Positions 20,386-28,807 of a stretch of 35,244 bases of DNA are shown here, piece by piece (the stretch's first letter is position 1; each line of letters starts with the position of its first letter). Origin of the DNA: Thiothrix sp. Lineage in GTDB: Bacteria > Pseudomonadota > Gammaproteobacteria > Poriferisulfidales > GCA-002705445. The stretch is from contig JAYOZO010000001.1 in NCBI GenBank assembly GCA_038154165.1, positions 85,847 through 121,090 on the forward strand. Direction: 5' to 3'. The position numbers and the translations under genes are program-made. The notes beneath the pieces were generated by a model. It made no database searches, had not been told where the DNA came from, and saw only the letters and a list, made by a program, of their open reading frames with translations.

Positions 20386-21480
20386 AATCATATTGTCTCT
20401 GTGAATTACAACTTCATTATCAATAATTCCAAATTCTTTTTTTATTTTTACAGTTGACATGCCAATAATTTTAATAAGCTCTTTTGAATCATAGTTTGTC
20501 AGGCCCGTAGCAATCTCTTGATTATTTGGACCGCAAATAGCTAACAGGTCTCCTTTTTTAAATTCACCAGAGATAGATTTTATGCCCACAGGAAGCAGGC
20601 TTTTGCCTGCTTGTTTAATAACTTTTTTTGCCCCAGCATCAACAATTATTTTTCCTTTAATTTTTAAAGAATTTACAATCCACTGTTTTTTGGAATTTAT
20701 TGCTGAATTTTTATTATAAATTATAGTTCCAGTATAATCTTGATTATTAAATATATTAATTAAAATATTTTTTTTAATTCCATTAGCAATAATTGTTTGT
20801 GTATTTGATCTTGCAGCTTTTTTAGCAGCAGAAATTTTTGTGATCATTCCACCTCTACCTAAACTATTATTACTAGGTCCAGCATATTTATTTAATTTTT
20901 TATCTAATACAGATATAGATTTTATAAGTTTGGAATTTTTAACTTTTCTTGGATCGTTTGTATATAAGCCATCTTGATCAGTTAAGATAATTAATTTTTC
21001 TGCTCCACTTAGATTTGCAACCAATGAAGCTAATGTATCATTATCTCCAAATTTTATTTCATCAGTAGAAACTGTATCATTTTCATTTATTATTGGGACA
21101 ATATTATATTGTATTAAATTATTTAATGTATTTTTGGCATTAAGATATCGTATTCTATTACTTAAGTCTTCATGTGTTAGTAACATTTGTGCTGTCAAAA
21201 TATTATATTTTTTAAAAGCAACTTCATATGCTTGAATTAATCCCATTTGCCCCGTAGCTGCTAGAGCTTGCAAATGACTTGATGATGAAGGTCTTTTTGA
21301 AAGGTTAAGGCGGTTCATACCTTCAGCAATTGCGCCAGAAGATACAATTATAATTCTTATATTATTATTTACGAGCTTATTGATTTGGTCAGCCCAATTT
21401 TTTATATTTTTAATATTAAGTCCAGTCGTACTTTTAGTAACCAAAGAACTGCCAATTTTAATCACCCATATTTTTTTCAT
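20377..21480 (-). CDS. proB: glutamate 5-kinase (with C-terminal PUA domain)
   Basis: 367 aa with an amino-acid-kinase domain (VIKIGSS, VSSGA, NENDTV..DEI.FGDND.L) followed by a PUA domain. Its 3' end overlaps the rpsT 3' end by 9 nt in convergent orientation. Confidence 0.92.
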   Translation of the reverse strand: MKKIWVIKIGSSLVTKSTTGLNIKNIKNWADQINKLVNNNIRIIIVSSGAIAEGMNRLNLSKRPSSSSHLQALAATGQMGLIQAYEVAFKKYNILTAQMLLTHEDLSNRIRYLNAKNTLNNLIQYNIVPIINENDTVSTDEIKFGDNDTLASLVANLSGAEKLIILTDQDGLYTNDPRKVKNSKLIKSISVLDKKLNKYAGPSNNSLGRGGMITKISAAKKAARSNTQTIIANGIKKNILINIFNNQDYTGTIIYNKNSAINSKKQWIVNSLKIKGKIIVDAGAKKVIKQAGKSLLPVGIKSISGEFKKGDLLAICGPNNQEIATGLTNYDSKELIKIIGMSTVKIKKEFGIIDNEVVIHRDNMILS

Positions 21481-21758
21481 AATTTTATAGTTAAAAATAT
21501 ATATGAGATAAATAGTAAAATTATTATAATAAAAAGTAAATTTAGATTTTTTTGTCTTCTTTTAAGTCTTGTAATTTCTAATTGTAGCTCATTTAAATTA
21601 AATTTTTTTTTACCAAATTTCTTTTCTAAATCAAAACTATTCTTAGGATATAGATTATGATTTTTATTTTTCAATTTGTCATTAATTACTGTTACTTTTT
21701 CTTCTAAAGAAGTAATAGAATTTTTTAGTTCTTGAATATTTGTTATTTTATAATTCAT
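21477..21758 (-). CDS. hypothetical 93-aa coiled-coil protein with C-terminal transmembrane anchor
   Basis: The ORF fills the obg-proB gap and overlaps the proB start by 4 nt. The N-terminal ~70 aa are heptad-like and Lys/Glu/Asn-rich, and the C-terminal LLFIIIILLFISYIFLTI is one TM segment. I recognise no family. Confidence 0.45.
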   Translation of the reverse strand: MNYKITNIQELKNSITSLEEKVTVINDKLKNKNHNLYPKNSFDLEKKFGKKKFNLNELQLEITRLKRRQKNLNLLFIIIILLFISYIFLTIKL

Positions 21759-21793
21759 AATTTTTTAAAATATTTTATATTAATTTAAATTTA

Positions 21794-22819
<1,026 letters not shown>

Positions 22820-22896
22820 CTAAATTAGTATTGGGATATTATACTTTATAAGTATAAAATTAAATTAAATGAAAAAGTTTGTTATTTTAAGATATT

Positions 22897-23154
22897 TTAG
22901 GGAGAAACTATGCTTACATATTTCTTATTTTTTGGTCCTTTAATAGAGAATTTGACGTGGCCAGAAGATTTTGCAAACAAGGTATGATCTTTTCCGCAGC
23001 CAACATTTTCTCCAGGATGAAATTTAGTGCCACGCTGTCTTACGATAATATTGCCGGCTTTTACTAGCTCACCACCATATCTCTTAACTCCTAGTCTTTT
23101 AGACTCTGAGTCTCTTCCGTTTCTAGTACTACCACCTGCTTTCTTATGAGCCAT
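22897..23154 (-). CDS. rpmA: 50S ribosomal protein L27
   Basis: 85 aa beginning [22 protein letters not shown], the canonical bL27 sequence. Confidence 0.97.
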   Translation of the reverse strand: MAHKKAGGSTRNGRDSESKRLGVKRYGGELVKAGNIIVRQRGTKFHPGENVGCGKDHTLFAKSSGHVKFSIKGPKNKKYVSIVSP

Positions 23155-23155
23155 T

Positions 23156-23470
23156 TTATTCCTCTGTGATATTTGTTATTTCTACTTGTGTAAAACTTTG
23201 TCTATGCCCAGCTTGTTTTTTGTAATGCTTTCTTCTAGTAAATTTAATTATATTTATTTTTTTATCTCTTCCTTGAGATTTGACAATGCCTTCAATTTTA
23301 CTTTTTTCTAGAAAAGGTTTTCCGATGGTTACTTTGCCATTATTAGATATCAGAAGAATTTTATCAAACTGAACTTTATCTCCTTCGTTTTTATCCAATT
23401 TTTCAATTTGTATTGTGTCACCTTTAGAAACTCTATATTGTTTTCCACCAGTACTTATAACAGCATACAT
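23156..23470 (-). CDS. rplU: 50S ribosomal protein L21
   Basis: 104 aa beginning [14 protein letters not shown], followed by GHRQ.FT...I. It lies immediately upstream of rpmA. Confidence 0.97.
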   Translation of the reverse strand: MYAVISTGGKQYRVSKGDTIQIEKLDKNEGDKVQFDKILLISNNGKVTIGKPFLEKSKIEGIVKSQGRDKKINIIKFTRRKHYKKQAGHRQSFTQVEITNITEE

Positions 23471-23503
23471 AACAATCTCTTAGTAAATATTAATAGGACA
23501 CTT

Positions 23504-23532
23504 ATTCTATATTTATTAAAAATAGAGGTCAA
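23504..23532 (-). promoter_or_regulatory. candidate sigma70 promoter of rplU-rpmA-obg
   Basis: On the minus strand: TTGACC (23532..23527), a 17-nt spacer, then TAGAAT (23509..23504), about 33 nt upstream of the rplU ATG in the divergent rplU/ispB spacer. Confidence 0.4.
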
Positions 23533-23614
23533 TGTATTGTTAAGAATATAATGATATATTTTGTTATAATTATTGGAATTTAATAATATATTTACAAAGA
23601 AATAGGCTATTTCT

Positions 23615-24586
23615 ATGGACTATAATACTATCAGTGATGCAATGCAGGATGAAATTTTAGATATTAAATCTGAAATCTTAAAATATTTAGAATCAGATAT
23701 ACCTTTAATAGATAAGGTTTCTAAATATATTATTGATGCTCCTTCGAAAAAAATAAGACCATTACTGGTAGTAATTATCGGTAAAGCATTAAAAATAGAT
23801 AAACAAAAATTATATAAATTAGCTGTAATAATAGAATTTATCCATACGGCCACATTGTTACACGACGATGTAGTTGATCTATCAGGAAAAAGAAGAGGAA
23901 AAGATACAGTAAATAAAGTGTGGGGTAATGAAGCAAGTGTATTAGTGGGTGATTTTCTATACTCTAGATCTTTTGAGGTAATGGTTGAATTAAAAAACAT
24001 GGAAATTATGAAAATTCTTGCTAGTGCAACTAATACAATTGCAAAAGGTGAAGTTTTGCAATTAATGTATGTTGATCAAGTTGAAACAAGTGTTGATCAA
24101 TATTTAAAAGTTATACAATATAAAACAGCAACTCTTTTTGAGGCTTTATGTGAATGCACAGCAGTATTGGCGAACGTAAATGATAATCTTAGAAAAAATC
24201 TATCTATGTATGGAAGAAATATTGGACTAGCTTTTCAAATATCAGATGATGTTTTAGATTATACGGCTAATTCAGAAGAGCAAATTGGCAAGAATATAGG
24301 CGATGATTTGAACGGAGGAAAGATTACGATGCCTTTTATATATGCTTATGGGAATTCATCAGAAAAGCAAAAAAAAGTTTTAAGATCTATAATGCAAAAT
24401 CGTAGAATTGAAGATTTTATGACTTTAAGAGATATAATTTTTGAAACAAATTCAATTGAATTTACTCAAAATAAAGCAAAAGAATTTGTAGTTAAGGCAA
24501 AAAACAACCTTAAGGTTATAGAACATAAAGAAGTATCAAATTTACTAAATTTTTTAGCAGATTTCTCTATAAATCGTAAAAAATAA
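23615..24586 (+). CDS. ispB: octaprenyl-diphosphate synthase (long-chain trans-prenyltransferase)
   Basis: 323 aa with both Asp-rich motifs (LLHDDVVDLSGKRRG and QISDDVLDY). It is divergent from rplU, as in gamma- and betaproteobacteria. Confidence 0.92.
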   Translation: MDYNTISDAMQDEILDIKSEILKYLESDIPLIDKVSKYIIDAPSKKIRPLLVVIIGKALKIDKQKLYKLAVIIEFIHTATLLHDDVVDLSGKRRGKDTVNKVWGNEASVLVGDFLYSRSFEVMVELKNMEIMKILASATNTIAKGEVLQLMYVDQVETSVDQYLKVIQYKTATLFEALCECTAVLANVNDNLRKNLSMYGRNIGLAFQISDDVLDYTANSEEQIGKNIGDDLNGGKITMPFIYAYGNSSEKQKKVLRSIMQNRRIEDFMTLRDIIFETNSIEFTQNKAKEFVVKAKNNLKVIEHKEVSNLLNFLADFSINRKK

Positions 24587-24593
24587 TTTTTTT

Positions 24594-24842
24594 TTATTTT
24601 TCAACAGGCTTCTCTTCAGCCACAGCTTCAACAGGCTTCTCTTCAGCCACAGCTTCAACAGGCTTCTCTTCAATTGGCTCTGAAGGTTTCTTTTGTTTAG
24701 ATAGTTTAATTAATTTTTCTTTTAATAAAATTTCAATTTTTTCTTTTTCAGAAAAATATTTTTTGTCTTTATTTTGTACAGCATACCTGCCAGATCTTTT
24801 TTTATAGATTGTATAATCATCAGTTTTTTTTACTAATTCCAT
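24594..24842 (-). CDS. hypothetical 82-aa protein: basic N-terminal domain plus acidic Pro/Glu/Val repeat tail
   Basis: Its ATG directly abuts the ACR3 stop (TAGATG on the minus strand). The N-terminal half (DYTIYKKRSGRYAVQNKDKKY...EILLKEKLIKL) is basic. The C-terminal tail is (EEKPVEAVA)x2 plus a partial copy, encoded by a perfect tandem DNA repeat. It contains no Cys. Confidence 0.6.
   Translation of the reverse strand: MELVKKTDDYTIYKKRSGRYAVQNKDKKYFSEKEKIEILLKEKLIKLSKQKKPSEPIEEKPVEAVAEEKPVEAVAEEKPVEK
24601..24672. repeat. perfect 27-bp tandem repeat, 2.7 copies
   Basis: The unit tcaacaggcttctcttcagccacagct occurs at 24601..24627 and 24628..24654, followed by an 18-nt partial third copy (24655..24672). 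All copies are identical. The repeat is in frame (9 codons per unit) within the 82-aa ORF. Confidence 0.95.
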
Positions 24843-25862
24843 CTAACTTTCCTTAAAGTAATGTTTAGTTCTATTAGCATAATTTACAAGCATTAACATT
24901 ATAGGTACTTCCACTAAAACACCTACAACTGTTGCTAAAGCTGCTCCAGAATTTAGGCCAAATAAACTTATAGCTACAGCTACAGCTAGCTCAAAAAAGT
25001 TTGAAGTTCCTATTAATGATGCTGGAGCTGCTACATTATAAGGAATAGCAAGTTTAAATGCTAGAAAATAAGTAATAGCAAAAATTCCAGTAGTTTGTAT
25101 TAGCAAAGGAATAGAAATTAATATCATTATGAATAGTTTTTCATTAATTTTATTAGCTTGAAGACCAAATAATATGATGACTGTAAGTAATAAGCCTAAA
25201 ATAGAAAATGGTTTTAGAAGATCAATAAAATTATTAATTTTACTAAAATCATTTTTTAAGATGATATATCTTGTAAATATCGCTACAGCTAAAGGAATAA
25301 TAATGTATAAGACTATAGAAGCTATTAATGTATTCCAGGGAATCATAAATCCAGTTAGACCTAAAAGAAGTTTTGTAATTATAGGAAACGCTAATATTAA
25401 AATTATATCGTTTATTGAGACTTGAAGTAACGTGTAGTTAGCATCTCCATTAACTAGCTTTGACCAGATGAATACCATTGCGGTACAAGGGGCAATCCCA
25501 AGTAATATCATGCCTGCTATATAACTATTTGCCTCTTCAATTGATACATAATTATCAAAGATATAATGAAAAAATAAGATACTTATCCCTGCCATACTAA
25601 ATGGTTTAATCATCCAATTTATAAATATAGTTAAAAAAAGACCATTTGGATTTTCCCAGACTTTTTTTATACATTTAAAATCAATGCTAAGCATCATTGG
25701 ATAAATCATTATCCAAATTAGTACAGCAATTAACAAATTTATATTTCCAATACTATAGCTAGCAATATCAATGAAAATGGAATTAAAATTATTGCCAAGT
25801 AATAACCCTAAAAACATTGATAAACCTACCCATATTGTTAGGTATTTTTCAAAAATTTGCAT
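24843..25862 (-). CDS. acr3: ACR3-family arsenite efflux transporter
   Basis: 339-aa, ~10-TM protein collinear with B. subtilis and yeast ACR3. It has the N-terminal EKYLTIWV, the conserved Cys motif GIAPCTAMVFIW..L..GD, the conserved Glu motif SNFFELAVAVAISLFG, and the C-terminal GVLVEVPIMLMLVN. Confidence 0.85.
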   Translation of the reverse strand: MQIFEKYLTIWVGLSMFLGLLLGNNFNSIFIDIASYSIGNINLLIAVLIWIMIYPMMLSIDFKCIKKVWENPNGLFLTIFINWMIKPFSMAGISILFFHYIFDNYVSIEEANSYIAGMILLGIAPCTAMVFIWSKLVNGDANYTLLQVSINDIILILAFPIITKLLLGLTGFMIPWNTLIASIVLYIIIPLAVAIFTRYIILKNDFSKINNFIDLLKPFSILGLLLTVIILFGLQANKINEKLFIMILISIPLLIQTTGIFAITYFLAFKLAIPYNVAAPASLIGTSNFFELAVAVAISLFGLNSGAALATVVGVLVEVPIMLMLVNYANRTKHYFKES

Positions 25863-25882
25863 AATAAAAAATTTGCATAATA
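25851..25882. repeat. perfect 16-bp tandem duplication spanning the ACR3 start codon
   Basis: aaaaatttgcataata occurs at 25851..25866 and again at 25867..25882. On the minus strand this reads TATTATGCAAATTTTT twice, so the ATG plus the first three codons (MQIF) are duplicated 16 nt upstream, out of frame. Confidence 0.95.
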
Positions 25883-25915
25883 CATAATAATAGTATTCTT
25901 AATAGAAGATTATAC

Positions 25916-25946
25916 ATAAAAAAAACGGGGAAATTATTTCCCCGTT
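25916..25946 (-). terminator. rho-independent terminator downstream of pstS
   Basis: The minus strand reads AACGGGGAAAT-A-ATTTCCCCGTT, a perfect GC-cored palindrome, followed by a T8 run. It lies 18 nt after the pstS stop and separates pstS from acr3. Confidence 0.8.
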
Positions 25947-25963
25947 CATATATTTAATTACTT

Positions 25964-27037
25964 TTACTCTTTAGATACTTTAACTTTAGAAGGAGATTCA
26001 TCTCCAACAATTAATGTTAAATCTAAAGCTTTAGGATTTAATTTTGCACGTTCTTCAGGTGTCATTGAAATTAAACCCTTTTCAGATAAATAACCATCCT
26101 CACCTGAAGCTGAATCATCTAAAAACATTTCAACATATTCCATCATTCCTGGTATAACACCAACGTGAGCATTTTTAATATAAAAGAATAATGGTCTAGA
26201 AATAGGATATGTGCCTGAAGCAATATTTTCAAACTCTGGTTTTATTCCATCTATGACCGCTCCTTGCACTTTATCAATATTTTGATCTAAAAAACTAAAA
26301 CCAAAGATTGCTAAAGCATTTGGATTTGATACTAGTTTTTGAATCATTAAGTTATCATTTTCGCCAGCTTCTATATAGGGACCATCTTCTCTAATAGTGT
26401 GACATTTTGCTTTGTATTCACTTTTATCTTTTTTCTTTAATGCTTCAATCCATTTAATTTTTTTACAACCGCCTTTTTCTAAAGCTAATTCTGAAAAAGC
26501 ATCCCTTGTGCCCGATGTAGGAGGAGGACCTAGAACTTCAATTTTAATCGCCGGTAATTTTGAATTTACATCCTTCCATGTTTTATGAGGATTTTTAATA
26601 AAAGATTCTGAACCATCAGGATTTGGAATATCAGCAGCGAGAGCAAGATATAAATCCATTGTTGTTAAGCTATAAGACATAGCTGCTTTAGAATTAGCAA
26701 CTACAATTCCATCATAGCCAACTTTAACTTCTGTAATATCACCTATACCATTTTTTCTACACAGTTCGATTTCCTTCTTCTTAATTGCTCTTGATGCATT
26801 TGTAAAATCAGGGTGCTGAGTACCTACTCCAGCACAAAAAAGTTTAAACCCTCCACCAGAACCAGTTGATTCAATTTTAGGAGTACTAAAATTCGTAACT
26901 TTACCAAATTTCTCTGCAACAACTATAGCAAATGGGTATACTGTTGATGATCCAACAATATTTATTTGATCTCTAGCATAGACTTTTGAAGCCACTGCTC
27001 CTGCTAAAATTGTAAGATATAATAAATACTTTAACAT
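25964..27037 (-). CDS. pstS: PstS-family periplasmic phosphate-binding protein (orphan, no pstCAB adjacent)
   Basis: 357 aa with a signal peptide (…AVASKVYA|RDQ) and PBP-like-2 PstS motifs (INIVGSSTVYPF, GSGGG, GTRD.F, SGTYPISRPLFFY). AGGAG lies 6 nt upstream of the ATG. Confidence 0.8.
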   Translation of the reverse strand: MLKYLLYLTILAGAVASKVYARDQINIVGSSTVYPFAIVVAEKFGKVTNFSTPKIESTGSGGGFKLFCAGVGTQHPDFTNASRAIKKKEIELCRKNGIGDITEVKVGYDGIVVANSKAAMSYSLTTMDLYLALAADIPNPDGSESFIKNPHKTWKDVNSKLPAIKIEVLGPPPTSGTRDAFSELALEKGGCKKIKWIEALKKKDKSEYKAKCHTIREDGPYIEAGENDNLMIQKLVSNPNALAIFGFSFLDQNIDKVQGAVIDGIKPEFENIASGTYPISRPLFFYIKNAHVGVIPGMMEYVEMFLDDSASGEDGYLSEKGLISMTPEERAKLNPKALDLTLIVGDESPSKVKVSKE

Positions 27038-27108
27038 ACGTATCTCCTGTAATATTTAATTTTAAGGAATATTACATAGAATTATTACAAATTTATTAAG
27101 AAATTTTA

Positions 27109-27149
27109 TTGTCATAAAAATTTAAAAAAAATTTAGCATTACTTTAACA
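27109..27149. promoter_or_regulatory. candidate Pho-box-like 11-bp phased repeats in the pstS/porin divergent spacer
   Basis: TTGTCAT-AAAA-ATTTAAA-AAAA-TTTAGCA-TTAC-TTTAACA has a 7+4 periodicity, and the first repeat matches the E. coli CTGTCAT half-site at 6 of 7 positions. It is followed by TATAAT at 27150..27155. The call is weak because the spacer is almost pure A/T. Confidence 0.2.
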
Positions 27150-27219
27150 TATAATTATTAATCTACTCTCCGATAAATTAAGTGAATTAAAAAGATTAAA
27201 ATTTAAAGGAGAAAAAAAA

Positions 27220-28569
27220 GTGAAAGCGAAATTTTTAGCATTTACTATGATTGTTTTATTTGTAGCTAAACCTTCTTACTCAGTAACCGAGTCCGAATTT
27301 TATAAATTGAAAGAGCAGCTACAAAATGCGTTAATAAAAATTAATGCGCTAGAACAGTCTGTAGAGCAAAGTAAGGATATGGAAAGTGGTGTTGTAAAGA
27401 CTAAATCAAAACAGGGGCTAACAATTGATACATCTGGCGGTGGAATCAAAATAAAATCTGGTGACCAAAAATTTGCTATTGGTGGTCGTCTGATGATGGA
27501 CTATGATTCAATGGATTCTGGTCATCAGACAGAAAATAAATCTTTCTCCGATATGGAGTGGAGAAGAACTAGAATCAATATTAAAGGTTCTGTAAATAAG
27601 CATTGGTCGTATAAAGCAACTTATGATATTACTTCTGAGGGTGACAAAGCGAATTTAGATGAAGGTTATGTGAAATACGATACAAATAAAGGTTTTGCTT
27701 TAACTTTAGGCAAAACTAAGGCTGATATGATGCTTGAACAAAGAACTTCTTCAAAGTGGATTTCAACTATTGAAAGAGGCTTATTAAACGCAATGAACGA
27801 GAAAGTTAATTATCTCGTGGGTAAACCTGGAGATGGTGCTGGAGTGAAATTAAGTTTTTATGATAAAGCAAGTCGTTTCTCTGGAGCAATATCTTTTTTT
27901 GATGCATATAAAGATGATACAGATGTTGATAACGATATGATTTGGCACACAACAGCAAGACTAAATTACTCGCCAAAAATGGGCGAAAACCAATTTGGTC
28001 ATTTCGGGATATCTTATGGTATAGCTGATTATAAAGGCGAGTCTGCAGATGTAAATATTCAATTAGGAATTCACCAAGGCGATAAAACAATGTTAGCAGA
28101 CGCAGCTGCCGGTGACATTACAAACTTAGGTATTGAGGCTGCTTATGTGAATGGCCCATTTTCTTTGCAAGCTGAATATTTTGATAATGAAACAGAGTTA
28201 GTGAATGGCTCTAAAGGTTATGAGTGGGATGGTTATTACGGTCAAATATCATACATTTTAACTGGAGAAACTAGAGGCTATAAGTGGGAAGGCGCTTCAT
28301 TTGACAAAATAAAACCAAAGGGGAATATGGGCGCAGTAGAATTAGTATTACGTTATGAAGATATATCAATTGATGACGCAGATGAAGGAACAGTTGCTGC
28401 GAGAGAAGTTGATGTAGACAGATTTGTTATTGGTGCAAACTGGTACGTAACTGAAACGGTTAAGTTTATGGCCAATTATTCAAGTGTAAGCATGGATAAC
28501 CAAGTGAATCCAGGTGGTACTACGGAAGATTTAGATAGTTTCCAACTTAGAGCCCAGTACGCGTTTTAA
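27220..28569 (+). CDS. phosphate-selective porin O/P family outer-membrane protein
   Basis: GTG start preceded by AAGGAG. It has a signal peptide (MKAKFLAFTMIVLFVAKPSYS), an N-terminal coiled-coil segment, then alternating beta-strand pattern and a C-terminal aromatic residue (QLRAQYAF). Its size and layout resemble OprO/OprP, and it is divergent from pstS. Confidence 0.7.
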   Translation: MKAKFLAFTMIVLFVAKPSYSVTESEFYKLKEQLQNALIKINALEQSVEQSKDMESGVVKTKSKQGLTIDTSGGGIKIKSGDQKFAIGGRLMMDYDSMDSGHQTENKSFSDMEWRRTRINIKGSVNKHWSYKATYDITSEGDKANLDEGYVKYDTNKGFALTLGKTKADMMLEQRTSSKWISTIERGLLNAMNEKVNYLVGKPGDGAGVKLSFYDKASRFSGAISFFDAYKDDTDVDNDMIWHTTARLNYSPKMGENQFGHFGISYGIADYKGESADVNIQLGIHQGDKTMLADAAAGDITNLGIEAAYVNGPFSLQAEYFDNETELVNGSKGYEWDGYYGQISYILTGETRGYKWEGASFDKIKPKGNMGAVELVLRYEDISIDDADEGTVAAREVDVDRFVIGANWYVTETVKFMANYSSVSMDNQVNPGGTTEDLDSFQLRAQYAF

Positions 28570-28592
28570 TCATTATCTCCTAATGATCCTTC

Positions 28593-28630
28593 AGCCCAAT
28601 GTTCAAGGATAGAACTTTGGGCTTTTTTTT
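28593..28630 (+). terminator. rho-independent terminator downstream of the porin gene
   Basis: AGCCCAA-T-GTTC [AAGGATA] GAAC-T-TTGGGCT forms an 11-bp interrupted stem and is followed by T8. It starts 24 nt after the stop codon. Confidence 0.75.
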
Positions 28631-28807
28631 ACACTTAATTTTTAATCACAAATTAAAAAATTAATATAAAAGAAATATTACTGAGACTATTAAGCATTTT
28701 TTTAAGGAGATTAGTATTTATTATATCTAATGATAAATTAAATTATCAATAAACAAACTCAATATATATTGTTATTATAACATTATAAAAATAGAAAAAA
28801 TTAAAAT

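Noticed and set aside
22840-22856. A small hairpin, TATACTT-TAT-AAGTATA, in the rpmA-obg spacer.
   Set aside because: It is a 7-bp stem with only one G-C pair and no following T-run on the transcribed minus strand. That is too weak to call a terminator or attenuator, and such palindromes are expected by chance in A/T-only sequence.
23620-24000. A 126-aa ORF antisense to ispB. Eleven other antisense track ORFs are similar: 4391..4603, 10555..10773, 11453..11677, 15582..15764, 16020..16295, 21385..21660, 25174..25425, 27806..28090, 29359..29556, 31761..32033, 34221..34439.
   Set aside because: Each lies wholly inside a well-supported gene on the opposite strand. None has a Shine-Dalgarno sequence or a recognisable motif, and the products are low-complexity Ser/Ile/Phe/Leu-rich sequences. 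The ispB case lies in the antisense frame where stops require Tyr/His/Gln codons preceded by T- or C-ending codons, so long open stretches are expected by chance.
25964-28569. The pstS and porin genes looked more GC-rich than their neighbours, suggesting a horizontally acquired island. My hand counts of single 60-nt lines gave about 33-40% GC here, against about 13-22% in lines from the thiO-like gene and acr3.
   Set aside because: A hand-counted line from conserved ileS gave about 32%, so the contrast may just reflect amino-acid composition and conservation level. I saw no flanking mobility genes or direct repeats. A sliding-window GC and codon-usage calculation is needed before claiming anything.
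28631-28807. The 177-nt gmk leader contains CTGAGA (28681..28686), reminiscent of the TPP-riboswitch core. It also contains an orphan AAGGAG (28704..28709).
   Set aside because: No other TPP-riboswitch elements are present, and the region is almost devoid of G/C so it cannot form the required helices. No start codon lies within 5-12 nt of the AAGGAG; the nearest ATG, 20 nt away, opens only a 3-codon ORF. The spacer is also too small and AT-rich to hold SRP RNA, 6S RNA, tmRNA or RNase P RNA.
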